Assembly (NCBI GenBank): GCA_963768175.1
Contig: CAVYGQ010000002.1
Location: 7,270-71,269 of the forward strand
From: Candidatus Doudnabacteria bacterium
Lineage (GTDB): Bacteria; Patescibacteriota; Doudnabacteria; UBA920
Length of the DNA stretch: 64,000 nt
Reading direction: 5' to 3'
The notes beneath the pieces were generated by a model that worked only from the letters and a program-made list of their open reading frames with translations, made no database searches and was not told the origin of the DNA. The position numbers and the translations under genes are program-made. Every line of letters starts with the position of its first letter. Positions within the stretch are counted from its first letter, which is position 1. Positions 60,027-64,000 of the stretch are shown piece after piece.

Positions 60027-61931
60027 ATGCAACTATCAGAATTTAAAAAGATATATCAAGAATCCATCAAAGATCCCGAAAAGTTCTGGGAGAAAGTTGC
60101 ACGTGAGGAAATCGTCTGGTTTAAAAAGTGGGACAAGGTTTTTGAGTGGGATTATCCTAACTATAAATGGTTTGCGGGAGGGAAGCTGAACATTACCCAT
60201 AACTGTTTGGACAGGCATATTGCTTCCGGATTGGGCGATAAAATTGCGCTGATTTATTTAAACGAAAAATATGAGAGGATTGCGATAACTTATCAGGAAC
60301 TGCTTAATCAGGTCAGTAAGTTTGCCAATGGGTTAAAAAGTTTGGGTGTAAAAAAAGGTGACAAGGTGGTTTTGTATATGCCGCTGGTAATAGAGCAGGC
60401 GGTTGCGATGCTGGCTTGCGCCCGCATCGGCGCGGTGCATAGCGTGGTATTTGCGGGCTTTAGCGCCAACGCCTTGCGCGAAAGGGTGGAAGATTTACGG
60501 GCAAAAATTATTGTCACGGCAACCTGGACCCAGCGCCGCGGGGAAAAGAAATTATTGAAGCCCGCGGCTGAAGAGGCTATTAAAGGTTTGGATTTTGTAG
60601 AGCATCTGGTAGTTTTACAGAGATGGGCACCATCTCGCGGCGAGATGGTGCCCATCTCCGGCATTGAGAGGGATTTTTACCAACTGACAGAAAAGCAAAA
60701 CGATATTTGCGAGCCGGAAATAATGGATGCGGAAGACCCTTTGTTCGTGCTGTATACTTCCGGTTCCACCGGCAAACCTAAAGGCATCGTCCACAGTTGC
60801 GGCGGTTTTTTGGTTTACGCGCACCATACTTTAAAAACAGTTTTTGATATTCGGGAAAACGATATCTACCCCGTTAGAAGTCAGACGCCGAAGGCGTCTG
60901 CTGGCCTGCCAAAGGCAGGCCAGACTTCTAACGGGGTGTATTGGTGCACCGCGGACTTTGGCTGGATAACCGGCCACAGTTACGTGTTGTATGGGCCGCT
61001 GTCTAACGGTCTGACATCGCTTATGGTGGAAGGCGCGCCGGATTTTCCCGCTCCCGACCATTGGTATAAAATTATTGAACAGGAAAAAGTAAATATTTTT
61101 TATACCTCGCCAACGGCTTTAAGGATGCTTAGGAAATACGGCGAAGAATATTGCAAACTTCACGACTTATCCTCGTTAAAAATTTTGGGCACGGTCGGCG
61201 AGCCCATTAATCCCGAAGTCTGGCGATGGTATTTTAAATTTATCGGTAACGAACGCTGCCCGATTGTAGATACCTGGTGGCAAACGGAGACCGGCGGGCA
61301 TATGGTGGTGACTTTGCCGGGATTGCCGCAAAAACCCGGCAAAGCGGGGTTCCCCTTTTACGGCATAGATGCCGGCGTTGTCAACCAAAGCGGGCAAGAG
61401 TTGCCGATTAACGAAAAAGGCTTTTTAGTCGTCAAAAAACCCTGGCCCGGGGCTTTGCGCGGCTGCTGGAATAATCCCGAGAGGTTTAATCAATATTGGA
61501 GTGAGTTTCCAGGCGTTTTTTTTACCGGAGACTTTGCCATAAAAGATGAAGACGGTTATATCCAAATTTTGGGGCGCAGCGACGACGTCATTAACGTATC
61601 AGGGCATCGCATTGGCACCGCGGAAGTGGAAAATGTTTTGGTGGCACACGTTGCGGTTGCCGAGGCCGCGGTTATTGCCAAACCCGATGAAATTAAAGGC
61701 GAGCGGCTTAAAGCTTTTGTGGTGTTAAAGACAGAGATTGTCGGCGATGAAGTTTTGAAGTCAAATATCCAAAAGTTTATTAAAGCGGAAATTGCCTCGT
61801 TCGCCGTTCCGGAGGAAATAGAATTTGTTTCTAGCCTTCCTAAAACCCGCAGCGGCAAAATTATGCGCCGCGTGCTTAAAGCCAAAGAACTGGGGCAGAG
61901 CGAAGGCGACCTGACAACTTTGGAAGACTAA
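60027..61931 (+). CDS. acs: acetyl-CoA synthetase (AMP-forming) carrying a 69-nt in-frame palindromic insertion
   Basis: YTSGSTGKPKG, ...YWCTAD(F/V)GWITGHSY..., C-terminal SGKIMRR. The insertion PVRSQTPKASAGLPKAGQTSNGV interrupts the conserved DIY-WCTADVGW block. Confidence 0.9.
   Translation: MQLSEFKKIYQESIKDPEKFWEKVAREEIVWFKKWDKVFEWDYPNYKWFAGGKLNITHNCLDRHIASGLGDKIALIYLNEKYERIAITYQELLNQVSKFANGLKSLGVKKGDKVVLYMPLVIEQAVAMLACARIGAVHSVVFAGFSANALRERVEDLRAKIIVTATWTQRRGEKKLLKPAAEEAIKGLDFVEHLVVLQRWAPSRGEMVPISGIERDFYQLTEKQNDICEPEIMDAEDPLFVLYTSGSTGKPKGIVHSCGGFLVYAHHTLKTVFDIRENDIYPVRSQTPKASAGLPKAGQTSNGVYWCTADFGWITGHSYVLYGPLSNGLTSLMVEGAPDFPAPDHWYKIIEQEKVNIFYTSPTALRMLRKYGEEYCKLHDLSSLKILGTVGEPINPEVWRWYFKFIGNERCPIVDTWWQTETGGHMVVTLPGLPQKPGKAGFPFYGIDAGVVNQSGQELPINEKGFLVVKKPWPGALRGCWNNPERFNQYWSEFPGVFFTGDFAIKDEDGYIQILGRSDDVINVSGHRIGTAEVENVLVAHVAVAEAAVIAKPDEIKGERLKAFVVLKTEIVGDEVLKSNIQKFIKAEIASFAVPEEIEFVSSLPKTRSGKIMRRVLKAKELGQSEGDLTTLED
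60869..60936 (+). repeat. perfect nested palindrome (14-bp outer stem CCCCGTTAGAAGTC/GACTTCTAACGGGG enclosing two hairpins) inserted in-frame in acs
   Basis: Inner hairpins AGACGCC-GAA-GGCGTCT and CTGGCCTGCC-AAA-GGCAGGCCAG. Total 69 nt, which is 23 codons. Confidence 0.8.
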
Positions 61932-61941
61932 AATATATTTT

Positions 61942-63201
61942 ATGAAGGCATTAATTTTTGACAAAAGCAAAACTGATTGGGAAACATCACGGGGGTTTGA
62001 GTTGGCGGATATTCCCGAGCCGGTTTTGGACGAAAAGAAAAATCCCGCCGATGCCGATTATGTGGTTATGAAAGTACATTACGCCGGAGTGTGCGGCACT
62101 GACAAGGGCATTTGGAACCGGCAGGCTTTTAAGGATGCGATTTTGGATAGCATCGATGCGGAATCATTTCAACCTCTCTCGTCCCGACTTTCGTCGGGAC
62201 ACTCTCCCCATGTCTTGGGGAGAGAAATAAGGAAAGACTATCGAATTATCGGCCATGAATTTTTCGGTGAAGTAACCCAAGTCGGATCGGCCGTGAAGAA
62301 TATTAAGTCGGGGGATTTTGTGGCTTGCGAATCCCATGTAGTTTGCAATAAGTGTTATCAATGCTTGCATGGACAAAAAAATGTCTGTACCAACGAAAAG
62401 ATTTTGGGGATTTCCGTTGACGGCGGTTTTGCCGAGTATGCCAAGGTACCGGCGCAGGTAGTCTGGAAAACTGACACCGGGAAAATTCGTCCGGAAGTTG
62501 CCGCCATGCAGGAGCCATTTGGCAACGCGGTACATGCCGCCTCTAAAGTTGATTTAAAAGGTAAAACCGTGGCGATATTCGGGCTTGGCCCAATTGGCAT
62601 GTTTTTAACCATTATCGCGCGCGGTTTGAACGCCGCCTCCATTATCGGCGTTGAGCCAAATCCTATAGCTGGGGATATGGCAAAAAAGCTGGGGATTGAT
62701 TATGTTATTCCACTGAAAAATATCATCCCCCAGCCCCCTCTTAAAATAAGAGGGGGTGCCGAAGGCGGGGGTGATATAAAATCATACGCCCATAATACGG
62801 TAGTTGTTGATGAAATAAGAAAGATAACCAGCGGTCTGGGCGTTGACGTGGCGTTTGAGATGGCCGGGTTCAATAATTCAGTCAACAACGCCATTGCCTC
62901 GGTCAGGCGCGGCGGAGAAGTGATTTTGTTCGGCCTCAAAAACGGCGATTTTGTATTGGAAGATTACAATCGTCTGGTTATGAAGGGTGTAACCATGCAC
63001 TGCGTGGCTGGCCGGCAAATTTGGGAGACCTGGGAAACCACCCGCCGTTTGATGGAAGATGTCGCCAACGGTGTGCAGGAAAAACTATTCAACGTAATTT
63101 TAGACCGCGGCCACGGGACAATTTTGCCTATTTTAGAGTATAATAAAGAAAAGTTTGAAGAAATGATGGTTAAACATCCGAAATTTTTAATACAGTTTTA
63201 A
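61942..63201 (+). CDS. tdh: L-threonine 3-dehydrogenase (Zn-dependent MDR family) with two in-frame palindromic insertions
   Basis: CGTDxxIW...GHEFFGEV, catalytic and structural Zn Cys ligands (C..C..C...C), GLGPIG Rossmann motif. Insertions at about 62160-62232 and 62722-62790. Confidence 0.8.
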   Translation: MKALIFDKSKTDWETSRGFELADIPEPVLDEKKNPADADYVVMKVHYAGVCGTDKGIWNRQAFKDAILDSIDAESFQPLSSRLSSGHSPHVLGREIRKDYRIIGHEFFGEVTQVGSAVKNIKSGDFVACESHVVCNKCYQCLHGQKNVCTNEKILGISVDGGFAEYAKVPAQVVWKTDTGKIRPEVAAMQEPFGNAVHAASKVDLKGKTVAIFGLGPIGMFLTIIARGLNAASIIGVEPNPIAGDMAKKLGIDYVIPLKNIIPQPPLKIRGGAEGGGDIKSYAHNTVVVDEIRKITSGLGVDVAFEMAGFNNSVNNAIASVRRGGEVILFGLKNGDFVLEDYNRLVMKGVTMHCVAGRQIWETWETTRRLMEDVANGVQEKLFNVILDRGHGTILPILEYNKEKFEEMMVKHPKFLIQF

Positions 63202-63321
63202 ATTATTAACACGGATCTACTGATAGAGCACGGATCAACGGATATCTACGGATGCCATTGGCCAAGTCTATCGGTAGACATCAGTAGATCCGAATTTAAT
63301 CCGTATATCCGTGTTAATTAT

Positions 63322-64000
63322 ATGTATCAAAACTATCAGCAACAATTCGCAGACGAACTTAAGGAAATCAAAGATGCCGGGATGTGGAAAGATGTCGGGG
63401 TCTTGGAAGGCAAGCAGGGGACAGAAGTAATGATCAAAAATGACAAAGACGACGGAAATGGCAAAAATAAGGGAACAAAACTTCTCAATTTCTGCGCGAA
63501 TAACTATCTGGGTTTGGCATCATCGGAAGAACTTGCGCAAGCAGCCATTGACGGTGTAAAAAAATACGGCTTTGGAGAGGCATCGGTTAGGTTTATTGTC
63601 GGTACATCCACTATCCATAAAGACTTGGAAAAAGAAATCAGCAAATTTTTTGGCACCGAGGACGCCATTACTTATACTTCCTGTTTTGACGCCAACACCG
63701 GTTTGTTTGAAACGATTTTAAAAGAGGGGGATGCGGTATTTTCGGACGAGTTGAATCACGCGTCAATCATTGACGGCATCAGGCTATGCAAGGCGGAACG
63801 GTTTAGGTATAAAAATTCCGATATTGCGGATTTGGAAAATCAACTCAAGGCCGCCGGAGACCGCAGACGTAAGTTGATAGCGACTGATGGGGTGTTTTCT
63901 ATGGATGGTATTACCGCCAAAGTTAAAAAGATTTGCGATTTGGCGGAGAAGTATGGGGCGTTGGTTATGGTGGACGACAGCCATGCCAGCGGGGTATTGG
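63322..64000 (+). CDS. kbl: 2-amino-3-ketobutyrate CoA ligase (glycine C-acetyltransferase), 3'-truncated by window end
   Basis: LNFCANNYLGLA, ...SCFDANTGLFE..., DELNHASIIDG, ATDGVFSMDG, MVDDSHA. An extra NDKDDGNGKN segment corresponds to a partial copy of the pil-cluster repeat. Confidence 0.8.
   Translation, partial: MYQNYQQQFADELKEIKDAGMWKDVGVLEGKQGTEVMIKNDKDDGNGKNKGTKLLNFCANNYLGLASSEELAQAAIDGVKKYGFGEASVRFIVGTSTIHKDLEKEISKFFGTEDAITYTSCFDANTGLFETILKEGDAVFSDELNHASIIDGIRLCKAERFRYKNSDIADLENQLKAAGDRRRKLIATDGVFSMDGITAKVKKICDLAEKYGALVMVDDSHASGVL

Overview
This 64-kb window looks like a small-genome bacterium, probably from the Candidate Phyla Radiation (Patescibacteria) or a similar lineage; that assignment is inference from gene content and rRNA architecture. 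Housekeeping genes on the + strand include a znuA(partial)-znuC-znuB metal ABC transporter, an RRM RNA-binding protein, a VKOR-family membrane protein, purA, guaB, ligA, glmS, acs, and tdh followed by partial kbl. guaA lies on the - strand. A long type IV pilus locus runs pilM-pilN-pilO-pilB-(REC-like)-pilT-pilC-pilin-(Wzy/O-antigen-ligase-like + TPR)-pilD, followed by several pseudopilins and a PilX-Ig-DUF2341 protein. An unlinked 23S-5S rRNA pair has no 16S in the window. The 23S gene is inflated to about 4.2 kb by a helix-45 intervening sequence, an ORF-less group I intron at the E. coli 1923-equivalent site, and repeat-built expansions. tRNA-Ala and tRNA-Ile sit 23 kb away on the opposite strand, with tRNA debris around them. 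Mobile DNA includes a complete IS1595-family element with an 8-bp target duplication. A second mobile region is a putative integrative element carrying a Microviridae-like HUH rolling-circle Rep and a large serine recombinase whose 3' end overlaps tRNA-Ala. The most unusual feature is the density of several families of small palindromic or inverted-repeat elements. They occur in intergenic spacers, often ending exactly at start codons, inside the 23S rRNA and its intron, and as in-frame insertions inside conserved enzyme genes (acs, tdh twice, kbl, a methyltransferase and a GT-C membrane protein). This resembles Rickettsia palindromic elements. A 2013-aa surface protein carries a CBM4/9-like domain and an exact 2 x 549-bp tandem duplication; it is flanked by two paralogous HTH genes, one preceded by an iteron-like array, and is another candidate novel module.
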